Counted from the stretch's first letter, positions 49,437 through 57,648 are shown. The stretch: 64,000 bases of DNA from an uncultured bacterium (GCA_964576535.1 CAZNWB010000001.1:243-64242), one strand, 5' to 3'. Numbers and translations are program-made. The notes: a model not told the origin generated them from the sequence alone.

Positions 49437-50204
49437 TCAGAGCGTGCTCAGGAGGTGGCCTCCATCCACGGGAATGATGGCACCGGTCATGTATCGCGAC
49501 GCATCCGACGCCAGGAGCAGGAGCGCACCGTCGAGGTCGCCCGGTTCTCCCAGGCGACGCTGGGGGATGCGCCGGACCATCGCCTGTCCGGCCTCGCCTT
49601 CGAAGAAGTCCCGGTTGAGATCGGTCCGGATGTAGCCAGGCGCGATCGCGTTGACCCGGATGTTGTGCCGGGCCAGCTCCAGGGCCATGACCTTGGTGAG
49701 GTGGATCAGTCCGGCCTTCGAGGCGCAGTACTCGGGAACCCCTCCGACAGCCCGGAGGCCCAGGATGGAGGCGATGTTGATGATGCACCCACCCTGACCG
49801 TGGGCCACCATCCGCCGGGCGACCTCCTGGGCAACCAGCCAGGCCCCCTTCAGGTTGGTGTCCATCACCCGGTCCCAATCGTTCTCATCGTGCTCGAAGA
49901 GGGGCTTGCTGACGACGACACCCGCGCTGTTGACCAGCGTCGTGATCCCACCCAGTTCGGCCTCGGCCCTGGCCACCGCCTCGCGGACGCTCGAGGCATC
50001 CGTGACATCCAGAGCGACGACAATGGCGCGGCCGCCGAGACGGCCGATCTCCGCCGCCGCCTCGGCCAGCTTGTCGGCTGACCGCGCCGCCAGCGCCACC
50101 ACGGCCCCCGCCCGGGCCAGGGTCAGGGCAAAGTGCCGCCCCAGCCCGCTGGACGCCCCGGTCACGAGAATCTTTTTCCCTTCAAGCCTGAGCAGATCGG
50201 CCAC
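49437..50204 (-). CDS. short-chain dehydrogenase/reductase (SDR)
   Basis: The cofactor motif is TGASSGLG and the catalytic motif is YCASKAG. The start is a GTG. Confidence 0.85.
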   Translation of the reverse strand: MADLLRLEGKKILVTGASSGLGRHFALTLARAGAVVALAARSADKLAEAAAEIGRLGGRAIVVALDVTDASSVREAVARAEAELGGITTLVNSAGVVVSKPLFEHDENDWDRVMDTNLKGAWLVAQEVARRMVAHGQGGCIINIASILGLRAVGGVPEYCASKAGLIHLTKVMALELARHNIRVNAIAPGYIRTDLNRDFFEGEAGQAMVRRIPQRRLGEPGDLDGALLLLASDASRYMTGAIIPVDGGHLLSTL

Positions 50205-50235
50205 CGGAAATTCTCACCACAAAGCCTCTAAGGTC

Positions 50236-50338
50236 CAGATTGGCAATCAGGCAACCCCGCCGGTGGCGGGGCCACTCGGCAACCAGGGGTTCCAAGTTGC
50301 CCAATTGCCGAATTGCCAAGTCGCCAGGATTCCTTGGT
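50236..50338. repeat. GGCAAT/ATTGCC-unit hairpin repeat, copy 2
   Basis: The sequence is CAGATTGGCAATCAGGCAA-[CCCCGCCGGTGGCGGGG]-CCACTCGGCAACCAGGGGTTCCAAGTTGCCCAATTGCCGAATTGCCAAGTCGCCAGG. Confidence 0.8.
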
Positions 50339-50389
50339 GCCCTTGTCCCGCCGATGGCGGGATTGGTCGTTCGTTCGCACCATCTGCGC

Positions 50390-51835
50390 TCACTCCTGGA
50401 TCCCGGCCACCCACTTGGCGTACTCGTAGGCGGCCCGGGAGTCGTAAGAGCGGAAGATCGCCAGCTTCTCCGCCTCGATGGACCCCTCGGCGTGCACCGC
50501 CAGGACCTCCTGATAGCCGCCGAAGTCCGAGGCAGTCAGATCGCGCACCATCTTGAAGGCCTGCAGGCGCTTGTCCCCGGAGACCCCCTTCTTGCCGGCC
50601 AGGTATTTCTTGACATACGGCCCAATCTCGGGACTCTGCAGGTCCCGGCCGGACGGCCCGGTGACCACCAGGCCGCCGCTGATGTCCTGGACCCATTGCA
50701 CCGCCTGATGGTACTGGCTGGCGAAGTGATGCTTGGCGATGTTGACCAACATCTGGTTCGGGACCGCGATGCCCGGCTCCATCATGCGGCACGTGAGCGC
50801 CGCGTGGTGTGTGAGGACCCGGAGGGTCTCGGCGTAGCTGATCAGGTGGATCATCTTGTCCCGGACGTGGGAGACTTTCTCCAGGCCGTTGTACTCCGCC
50901 ATCAACCGGGCGCACCCCACCAGCAGGTCCACCAAAGGCAGCTTGTAGGAAATCGCCGTGAAGCGGTGGAACTCGACAAACGTCAGGGCCAGGGGTCCCG
51001 CATACTGCCACTCCCCCTTCAGGAAGACCCGGTCCCACGGGACCAGCACGTCATCGAAGACGGTCAGGGTCTCCATCATGCGGTGCTGGCCGCTGATGGG
51101 GTGATCGAAGCGGTCCATCCGGGCAGCGCCGTACGGGGCGGCGATGAGCTTCAGCCCTTTGGCATCGGCCGGAACGGCGAAGCTCACCGCATAGTCTCGG
51201 TCCTTCTCCCCGAGGGCGCGCGTCGGCAGGACGATGATCTCGTTGGCGTTGGTGGAGACAGAGGTGTGGACCTTGGCGCCCCGGATGCGGATCCCCTCCG
51301 AGGTCTCCCCCACGATATGGACGTAGAGATCGGGGTCCGCCTGCTCCGAGGGTGCCAGGCTCCGGTCGCCCTTCACGTCGGTCTGGGCCACGGCTACCGC
51401 CAGGTCGTTGTCCCGGCAGGTGGCATGATACCGGCGCACCCGCTCGAGGTATCTCGTCCCGAGCTTGTCGTCCATCTGCTTGGCCAGAATGTGCAGGGCA
51501 AAGAGCGCGTCGGTGCCGATCTCTTTGATCAGCACCACCAGGGTCCGTCCCAGTCGGGTGGCCTGTTCGATGAGTGCGCTCCGTTTCATCAGGTCGTCGC
51601 TGGTCCGGGGGAGCTGGTAGTACCGGCTGATGAGTTGCCCGGTCGCCTCGTCCTTAACGGTCGCCAGGTCTTTCCACTTCGGCTCCTCGGCCATGCGGTA
51701 GTCAATGCTGGCGTGCTCGATCGCGACCTGGATGACCGGGTGCTCCGTGACGTCGGACACCCGCTCGCCCTTGTAATAGACGGCCCGGCCGTCTCGCAGC
51801 GAGGCGACGTACTGTTCAGGAGTTCTCAGCGCCAT
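50390..51835 (-). CDS. 4-hydroxybutyryl-CoA dehydratase / 4-hydroxyphenylacetate 3-hydroxylase (AbfD/HpaB) family protein without Fe-S ligands
   Basis: The start is an ATG at 51835 behind GGAAGGAGGGGG. The family core is DVKGDRSLAPSEQADPDLYVHIV...IRIRGAKVHTS. There is no Cys in the first 139 residues and only three Cys overall. Confidence 0.75.
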   Translation of the reverse strand: MALRTPEQYVASLRDGRAVYYKGERVSDVTEHPVIQVAIEHASIDYRMAEEPKWKDLATVKDEATGQLISRYYQLPRTSDDLMKRSALIEQATRLGRTLVVLIKEIGTDALFALHILAKQMDDKLGTRYLERVRRYHATCRDNDLAVAVAQTDVKGDRSLAPSEQADPDLYVHIVGETSEGIRIRGAKVHTSVSTNANEIIVLPTRALGEKDRDYAVSFAVPADAKGLKLIAAPYGAARMDRFDHPISGQHRMMETLTVFDDVLVPWDRVFLKGEWQYAGPLALTFVEFHRFTAISYKLPLVDLLVGCARLMAEYNGLEKVSHVRDKMIHLISYAETLRVLTHHAALTCRMMEPGIAVPNQMLVNIAKHHFASQYHQAVQWVQDISGGLVVTGPSGRDLQSPEIGPYVKKYLAGKKGVSGDKRLQAFKMVRDLTASDFGGYQEVLAVHAEGSIEAEKLAIFRSYDSRAAYEYAKWVAGIQE

Positions 51836-51870
51836 GGCATTCCCCCTCCTTCCGTGTTGCACTGCCATGG

Positions 51871-52064
51871 CCATTCCGCATTCCGCAATCGGGTACCCAC
51901 TGGGTGTTTCGCATTCATGTCCGCCCCCTTCCATCCCCTACCGCCATTCCCATTCCGCACTCGGGGACCCCTTGGGTGTTCCGCATTCGTCCTCTCGGCT
52001 CTCGGCTCTCAGTCCTCTTCATTCCACATTCCACATTCGGGTACCCCCTGGGTGTTCCGCATTT
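51871..52064. repeat. three degenerate copies of the about-45-bp repeat family spaced about 73-75 bp apart
   Basis: The copies lie at 51871-51916, 51944-51988 and 52019-52064, separated by 27-30 bp. They differ at several positions, for example GGGTACCCACTGGGTGTTTCGC versus GGGGACCCCTTGGGTGTTCCGC. Confidence 0.85.
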
Positions 52065-52073
52065 CTGTCCACC

Positions 52074-52631
52074 TTACCTGGCCGTCGAATGCCCCCGACC
52101 TAGTGGTCGCAAGTAGTCGGGAAGTCGGGTCTTCTCGTCGATGACCGCCGACTCGATCTGCTGAGGCCTGAGACCTATTGCCCCCGAAAGATCGACCCCC
52201 TGAAGCTGGGCACCCTGCAGATTGGCCTGCCAGAAAAACGTCTCGCGGAGATCCGCTCCTTCGAAGTTCGCCTCCTGGAGATTGGCTCCCTGCAGGCTGG
52301 CTCCCTGGAGCTGGGCTTTCTCGAGGTTGGCGCCCTGCAGGTCCGCGCCCTGAAGATGGGCCCCCTGGAGGTTGGCCCCCTGAAGCTGGGCCTCCTGAAG
52401 GTTCGCGCCCTTCAGGTCTGCCCCTTGCAGATCCGCTCCCCGCAGGTCGGCCCCCGCAAGTATCGCACGTTTGCTCAACGGCGCTGATGCAGCCTCAAGG
52501 TTTCGACCGTCAGACAGAGCCCACCCAAGTATAGCCAGGACCGCACAGATTGCCGCTAGCCGGGCGAAAGACCCGGTGCGCCACGGGAATCTCTGGATGG
52601 GCAACCAAAACTGCGGGTGCTGTCGGGCCAT
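52074..52631 (-). CDS. pentapeptide-repeat protein with N-terminal membrane anchor
   Basis: A long run of A(D/N)LxG pentapeptides is present (ADLRGADLQGADLKGANLQEAQLQGANLQGAHLQGADLQGANL...). The start is probably the ATG at 52631. Confidence 0.8.
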   Translation of the reverse strand: MARQHPQFWLPIQRFPWRTGSFARLAAICAVLAILGWALSDGRNLEAASAPLSKRAILAGADLRGADLQGADLKGANLQEAQLQGANLQGAHLQGADLQGANLEKAQLQGASLQGANLQEANFEGADLRETFFWQANLQGAQLQGVDLSGAIGLRPQQIESAVIDEKTRLPDYLRPLGRGHSTAR

Positions 52632-53218
52632 GGACCCCCCTCCCCGGAGGCACCATACATACCCCGGCAGTCCCACTTTCAGCAATACCCTTTACACAGA
52701 GACACCGGGAAGGGGTGGGGAGCGGTCAGGCGGCAAGCGGAACGACCACTATGGGAGGGGATCTTGCCAAAGAGATAAACTACCGCTATCGTCCCCCCTA
52801 TGCCCTGCGGTCTCCGCCGGGCCGCCTCAGTGGTCCTGGACTCCGGGAGAATCCGCGGGATCGAGGAATGCTTTCTTCCCTGTGCGCGGCCTCTCCTCAC
52901 AGGCCCTCCACGCCGCTGCCCAGCGGGGCCAGATGGCCGCGCCCCGGTGGAGGGCGGTGTGGAAGAAGTTGATGTAATTGACAACGTCCCCAATCCCCAA
53001 CGTCCCCAATCCCTACGGATGCAACGTGCCCGCATTTCGCATTTTAAGAACCTCAGAGACCAGATGAGAAGGGGAGAGAGACTCAAATGGGATGAAATGT
53101 GGATGGATCTGCACAACAACCGCGAGGGCCGTTCCGGGAGAAGTGCGTGGGACCTGTTGTGCGAGGGACGTCTAAGAACAATTGATCCCCCCTATAGGGG
53201 GAAAGGCGGTTTCTATTA

Positions 53219-53695
53219 ATGCGCGGTCGAATTCTCGCATGTATATTGGGTATGGTCGCGATGGGATGTTCAAGAAGCGGTGACTGGGCAAGAGGACCAA
53301 TACTCCACATTACAGGGGATGAGCAGTCGGTGGGCGCTGAGATATTTGTCGATGGAGAGAAGATTGGGGTCATGCAGAGGCAGGTTTATGCCGGCCCGGA
53401 ACTGAGCGAGGATGAACTCAAGAAACAACATGAGGCTCAGGGACGTCTTGGGATTCAGCCATCGCGTCCTATGAAGCCAGGGGATGTTTTTGCGGTTGCG
53501 GTGGACATAAGAATCGCGAAAGGGGACAAACAGCCCGAATACGGTGTCCAAAGCTTCCCAAGAGTACCGCTCGGGAAGCATGAAATTGTGTTCATGGGCC
53601 CAAAGGGGCAACAATTAAGAAAGCATTTCGCCATGAAAGGTGAGACTTACATGCGTGTGGATTTCCAGAAGATGGTAATCCGGGGGGCTGATTAA
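53219..53695 (+). CDS. hypothetical lipoprotein (PEGA-like impression) in an A+T-richer islet
   Basis: The lipobox is ACILGMVAMGCS. The segment GAEIFVDGEKIGV resembles PEGA-type beta-sandwich motifs. The composition is visibly less G+C-rich than the flanks. Confidence 0.45.
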   Translation: MRGRILACILGMVAMGCSRSGDWARGPILHITGDEQSVGAEIFVDGEKIGVMQRQVYAGPELSEDELKKQHEAQGRLGIQPSRPMKPGDVFAVAVDIRIAKGDKQPEYGVQSFPRVPLGKHEIVFMGPKGQQLRKHFAMKGETYMRVDFQKMVIRGAD

Positions 53696-54253
53696 AGATA
53701 CCTGCATAAATAGAGTGACATCACCATGGAAGCTCCGAGGCTTGCAAGAAGGACTGTAATGGGAGACCGTAGGTCTAGGGAAGAATGCGGGACGGAATGC
53801 GGAATGTTGCATCTGGACGGATACGGGACGGGATACGGGACGGGGATACGGGACGGATACGGGACGTTGCATCCGGACGATCTCTGTGGCACGCTTGCCA
53901 TCGCCATGCCCCGCCAGGCGCGCCTCGACGCCTTCCGCTCTTCGTCCGGAAACTGCGCCCGGCATTCTCCCCTACATCATCCTGCGCGGAATCGAGCGGC
54001 GCCCCCTCGCGCCGCGGCTCGGCATCTCGCCCCAGGCGGTCTACGCCGCGGCCCAGCAGGGCGCCCAGTATCGGGCCGAGTGGGACCACATGGTTCCGAA
54101 GAGCAAAAGGCGATAAATGCGGCAACGTCCCGTAAGACCGTAAGAACGGTAGACGTCCCGTAAGAATGAGAAGTGGGAGAAGCTGACAGAGGGGAAACGA
54201 AACGTGGAAGAGCATGAAGCCTGACAACTCAGGCCGGCAGGTGCATTAGCTCG

Positions 54254-54502
54254 TCAGGCGCTTCGCCGCTTCGCCCCGGCTCCACGTTGCTGCCGAAGGA
54301 CCGGCGCGAGAGCGCGTAATGCCTCGTTTACCGTCGCGCCGTCTGGAAAGACATCCAGCACCTCCGGATCGATCACGACGATGTTCGCACCCTGCACATA
54401 TCTCGCGGCCGTTACGCCTCGTACCGCCGTGGAGAAGTCGTACTCAGGCCGCATCGTGTCCCGATCCATATTTCGCCTGCGCTGACTAGCCTTCTTCCTC
54501 AT
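54254..54502 (-). CDS. brnA: BrnA-like antitoxin
   Basis: The pattern MRPEYDFS...VVIDPEVLDVFPDGATVNEALRAL is typical of the small antitoxins encoded just downstream of DUF497/BrnT toxins. The start overlaps the BrnT remnant by 17 nt. Confidence 0.6.
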   Translation of the reverse strand: MRKKASQRRRNMDRDTMRPEYDFSTAVRGVTAARYVQGANIVVIDPEVLDVFPDGATVNEALRALAPVLRQQRGAGAKRRSA

Positions 54503-54780
54503 ATCGCCTCTGCTCTTGTCGTGTGGCCCGCCTCGCGGAGATCAAACGGGTCCGAGGTGGTCGCTCCGCAAAGGCCACCACCACGACCCTTCGCCGATTC
54601 GACACTCCAAGAAGAAGATTCCGTTCCTCACCGAGGGCAGGATCCGGGTCTGGCATGAGCATCGCAAGTGGGTCTCAGAAGACCGTTGATGCTTTATCGA
54701 AGGCCACCCCGTGCTTTCGAGCGTTCGACTCGGCTATCTTCGGATGCCATCGGAAAACGTAGCCCGCTACGCCTCCGCAT
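54486..54780 (-). pseudogene. brnT: BrnT (DUF497) toxin remnant with a frame disruption near the 5' end and an in-frame TGA
   Basis: The minus-strand translation is FRWHPKIAESNARKHGVAFDKASTVF-TGA-DPLAMLMPDPDPALGEERNLLLGVSNRRRVVVVAFAERPPRTRLISARRATRQEQRRYEEEG. This matches the feWDxxKxxxNxxKHGVxFxEAxxVFxDP...EERxxxxG...iRiISARxAtxxE pattern. The stop is at 54675-54677. The only upstream ATG (54780) is in another frame. Confidence 0.75.
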
Positions 54781-54888
54781 GTAGCCCCGGTCGTTCATCG
54801 AGTGCGTCTATCTAATAGGGCGACGGTGTGCCGCAGGCGGGACGGCGAGGAGGCTCGCTAGACTCGCGGGACGCTTCATCCGCGCCAC

Positions 54889-55227
54889 TTAGGCGGCTCC
54901 TTGTAAGATCTGTTCAATCTGCGGCCTGACTTCAGCAAGACGCTCCTTGATCGTTTTCCATACCAGTTCGTAATCTACCCCAAAGTAGAAGTGAATCAGC
55001 CTATCCCTCATCCCGGCCATCTCCCTCCAGGGAACCTCAGGATGACGTTGCCGTATCTCCTCAGGGACCCCCTTCGTCGCCTCGCCAATGATCTCGAACT
55101 TCCTGATGACCGCGCTCGCAGTCTTGTCATCGAGGCGGAATGCCTCCAAGTCCATCCCCTCTACGAAAGCTTCGATGCTGCGCATTGCGGCCAGGATATC
55201 CTTCAGATAGAGCCTGTAATCCCTCAC
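54889..55227 (-). CDS. hepT: HepT (DUF86, HEPN) toxin
   Basis: The Rx4H HEPN motif is present (RDRLIH). The N-terminus is family-typical ([11 protein letters not shown]). The GTG start overlaps the mntA stop (GTGA). Confidence 0.8.
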   Translation of the reverse strand: MRDYRLYLKDILAAMRSIEAFVEGMDLEAFRLDDKTASAVIRKFEIIGEATKGVPEEIRQRHPEVPWREMAGMRDRLIHFYFGVDYELVWKTIKERLAEVRPQIEQILQGAA

Positions 55228-55523
55228 AGGGGCAGAACCTCTTTAAGCACCGACTCCCGGAGCTCTGCCCTCAGGGCACGCTTGGGGATCACGTCTACCC
55301 CTCGCCCGAGCTCTTCCTCCAGGAACAGCGCCAGCCCCACCAGGTGAAACAGGTCCGCTCCCTCCTCAAAGTCCACCAAGACATCAATATCACTGGCACT
55401 CCGCTGCTCCCCTCGAACGAAAGAACCGAAGAGCCCTACCTCTTTCACCTTGTACCGTGCCGCCATCTTGGGTTTCAGTGCTTTCAGCTTCATCAGAAGA
55501 TCTTTTGTGCTGATACTTGACAT
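55224..55523 (-). CDS. mntA: MntA-type nucleotidyltransferase antitoxin
   Basis: The minimal nucleotidyltransferase motif is [24 protein letters not shown] prefer the ATG at 55523 behind GGGGGAG. The ATG at 55550 is also possible. Confidence 0.8.
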   Translation of the reverse strand: MSSISTKDLLMKLKALKPKMAARYKVKEVGLFGSFVRGEQRSASDIDVLVDFEEGADLFHLVGLALFLEEELGRGVDVIPKRALRAELRESVLKEVLPL

Positions 55524-55720
55524 TGACTCCCCCACAACTGCTGCAACCATGGGCGGCCTGGCGACGGAGGCTCGCCGGTATCGCGCTGAGCAGGGCCGTC
55601 AGGTGAGTCGAGGCAACCGAGAGAAGCCTGTGAGGCTTCGAGCGCCCAAGTCTTTGGAACGATCGTCAGGACACTGGCCGCGGGCAACCCCGGTCAGATA
55701 GTAGAGGATCTGGCTGGCGA

Positions 55721-56017
55721 TTACGCCCCGTTTCGATCGCCAGTTCCTCCGGCGATCGCCGGCACTATTGACACCTGATCACCGGCCTTCAGGGGTGTCG
55801 CCTGCCCCTGCAGGAAGCGGATGTCTTCCTCGTTCACGTAGATATTGATGAACCGACGGATGTTCCCATCCGCCTCGCACAGGCGGGCTCTGATCCCCGC
55901 ATAGTCCTGCTCCAGGCGGTCGATCAGCTCCTTGACCGTCGCCGCCTCGGCCTTCAGCTCGCCCTGCCCTTTCGTCACTGCCCGCAGCGGGGTGGGAACG
56001 CGCACGAGAACGCTCAT
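55721..56017 (-). CDS. MoaD/ThiS/CysO-like ubiquitin-fold sulfur carrier with a 7-residue extension after the GG motif
   Basis: The sequence reads ...INIYVNEEDIRFLQGQATPLKAGDQVSIVPAIAGG-TGDRNGA-stop. I prefer the ATG at 56017. The GTG at 56023 is the track start. Confidence 0.8.
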   Translation of the reverse strand: MSVLVRVPTPLRAVTKGQGELKAEAATVKELIDRLEQDYAGIRARLCEADGNIRRFINIYVNEEDIRFLQGQATPLKAGDQVSIVPAIAGGTGDRNGA

Positions 56018-56086
56018 ACTCACATGCCCCCTGTGATTGAAACGTGATGGGTGCCTGACTGCCGTATCCGACCAACCGCCAACGGC

Positions 56087-57358
56087 TCAGGCGCGCCGGG
56101 CGGTCGGGCCCTCCCCGTTCAGCGAGGGGTGCTGGGCCAGCGCCTCGTCAAAGGACGCCAGGGTCGGCTGGATGCCGGTCGGCGCCCGCAGCGCGCCGCC
56201 CAGCGCCTCCTGCGTCTTCAGCCCGTGGCCGGTCACCGAGATCACGGTGACGTCGTCCCGGCCGATCACCCCCTGCTGCGCCAGCTTGCGCGTGGCAGCC
56301 ACGGTGACGCCGCCCGCCGTTTCCGCGAAGATCCCCTCGGTGGCGGCGAGCATCTTCATGGCTTCCACGATCTCGTCGTCCGTGGCGTGCTCCCCGGCCC
56401 CACCGCTCTCCTTGACCACCTTGTAGGCATAGTACCCGTCGGCCGGGTTGCCGATGGCCAGGGACTTGGCGATGGTCCGGGGTTGCTTGACCGGGCGGAT
56501 GATCTCGCTCCCGGCCTTCACCGATGTCACGATGGGCCCGCACCCGGCCGCCTGCGCCACGTGCATCCGCGTGGCAACGGCCGGCAGCAGCCCCAGCTTG
56601 TAGAACTCCTGCAGGCCCTTCCAGACCTTCGTGATCAGGGAGCCGCCGGCGGCCGGCACGATGATGTGGTCGGGCGCCCGCCAGCCCAATTGCTCGGCGA
56701 TCTCGTAACCGAAGGTCTTGGACCCTTCGGCATAATATGGGCGAATATTGATGTTGACGAAGGCCCAGCCGTACTTGTCGGCGACCTCGCTGCACAGCCG
56801 GTTCACCTCGTCGTACGTCCCATCCACCGCCACCACGTTGGGGGCATAGATGGAGGTCCCCAGGACCTTGCCCTGCTCCAGGTCGGCCGGGATGAACACG
56901 AAGCTGGTGAGGCCCCCCTCGGCGGCGTGGGCGGCCACCGAGTTCGCCAGGTTCCCTGTGGAGGCGCAGGCGACTACCGGGAACCCGAACTCCAGCGCCC
57001 GGATCACCGCCACCGCGACCACCCGGTCCTTGAAGGACAGCGTCGGGTGATTGACCGTGTCGTTCTTGACGTAGAGGTTGCTGAGTCCCAGGGCCTTCCC
57101 CAGGTTCCGGGCCCGGACCAGCGGGGTCAGGCCGCAATGCCGCCCCACCGTCACCTCGCCGTCGATGGGAAGCAGCGCCCGGTAGCGCCACATGTTGGGA
57201 GGGCCGGCCTCGATGGCGCGGTGGGTCAGTACCCGCCCGATGCCTGCGTAATCGTAATCCACCTCCAGCGGACCGAAACAGAACTCGCACACGTGAAGCG
57301 GCTTGGCCGGATAGGGTCGGGCGCACTCCCGGCACTTCAGGCCAATCACATATCCCAT
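56087..57358 (-). CDS. threonine-synthase-family PLP enzyme with N-terminal zinc ribbon (MetM-like candidate homocysteine synthase)
   Basis: The zinc ribbon is LKCRECARPYPAKPLHVCEFCFGPLEV and the PLP-lysine context is HPTLSFKDRV. The gene sits inside a SAM-riboswitch-controlled unit next to a MoaD-like gene. The start is an ATG at 57358, with an alternative at 57409. Confidence 0.75.
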   Translation of the reverse strand: MGYVIGLKCRECARPYPAKPLHVCEFCFGPLEVDYDYAGIGRVLTHRAIEAGPPNMWRYRALLPIDGEVTVGRHCGLTPLVRARNLGKALGLSNLYVKNDTVNHPTLSFKDRVVAVAVIRALEFGFPVVACASTGNLANSVAAHAAEGGLTSFVFIPADLEQGKVLGTSIYAPNVVAVDGTYDEVNRLCSEVADKYGWAFVNINIRPYYAEGSKTFGYEIAEQLGWRAPDHIIVPAAGGSLITKVWKGLQEFYKLGLLPAVATRMHVAQAAGCGPIVTSVKAGSEIIRPVKQPRTIAKSLAIGNPADGYYAYKVVKESGGAGEHATDDEIVEAMKMLAATEGIFAETAGGVTVAATRKLAQQGVIGRDDVTVISVTGHGLKTQEALGGALRAPTGIQPTLASFDEALAQHPSLNGEGPTARRA

Positions 57359-57405
57359 CGAGCCATTGCCTCCCGCGGAACCCCGCCGTGGATGGTGAGG
57401 TGATG

Positions 57406-57648
57406 TCACGCAGTTGCCCCGGGGGTGCCGATCGGCCTGACCTTGACCCCCAGGCGGGTCAGGTGCTCAATGCCGCGCTTCAGGTCGTCCTCCGCCCCGG
57501 TGAAATCCAGCGTGGCCTCTCCCGACGCCTCCGTGACCCGGGCCTTGCGGATGTTCGGCACCAGACGGTATGTCTTGGACACGGTGTAGATCAGCGGCTC
57601 ACGCACCAGGTCCGGCGGAAAGATCAACAACAGGCGCAGGGTGGCCAT
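57406..57648 (-). CDS. free-standing NIL-domain protein (about 80 aa), first gene after the SAM riboswitch
   Basis: MATLRLLLIFPPDLVREPLIYTVSKTYRLVPNIRKARVTEASGEATLDFTGAEDDLKRGIEHLTRLGVKV follows the NIL (MetN C-terminal) pattern. The start is an ATG at 57648. Confidence 0.7.
   Translation of the reverse strand: MATLRLLLIFPPDLVREPLIYTVSKTYRLVPNIRKARVTEASGEATLDFTGAEDDLKRGIEHLTRLGVKVRPIGTPGATA

Noticed and set aside
49399-49878. The N-terminal extension of the IOR ORF (the track gives 1314 aa from 49878).
   Set aside because: The extension overlaps the well-supported SDR gene on the same strand in a different frame. The family N-terminus (MARNRDFTLDEKY...) starts at the ATG at 49398.
50390-51835. 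Calling this gene 4-hydroxybutyryl-CoA dehydratase (AbfD), with the implied 4-hydroxybutyrate or CO2-fixation pathway.
   Set aside because: The Cys ligands of the essential 4Fe-4S cluster are absent, so the specific function cannot be transferred. I keep it at family level only.
51871-52064. Three evenly spaced about-45-bp repeats with 27-30-bp spacers that superficially resemble a mini CRISPR array.
   Set aside because: The repeats differ from each other at many positions, and there are only three. The same repeat occurs singly at 20021 and 42087. One of the spacers is itself low-complexity CTCGGCT units, and no cas genes are present. This is a dispersed REP/MITE-like family, not CRISPR.
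53886-54116. A 76-aa plus-strand ORF whose C-terminal half (ILRGIERRPLAPRLGISPQAVYAAAQQG) looks like a helix-turn-helix.
   Set aside because: There is no RBS, and the N-terminal half is Pro/Ala/Arg-rich filler lying just downstream of repeat debris. It could be a gene fragment of a regulator or recombinase, but I cannot support it as a functional CDS.
54675-54677. The in-frame TGA in the BrnT frame as a possible selenocysteine or programmed read-through codon.
   Set aside because: The frame also lacks a usable start codon, so there is a second lesion. No SECIS-like hairpin follows the TGA, and the position is a variable residue in the family. Pseudogenisation is the simpler reading.
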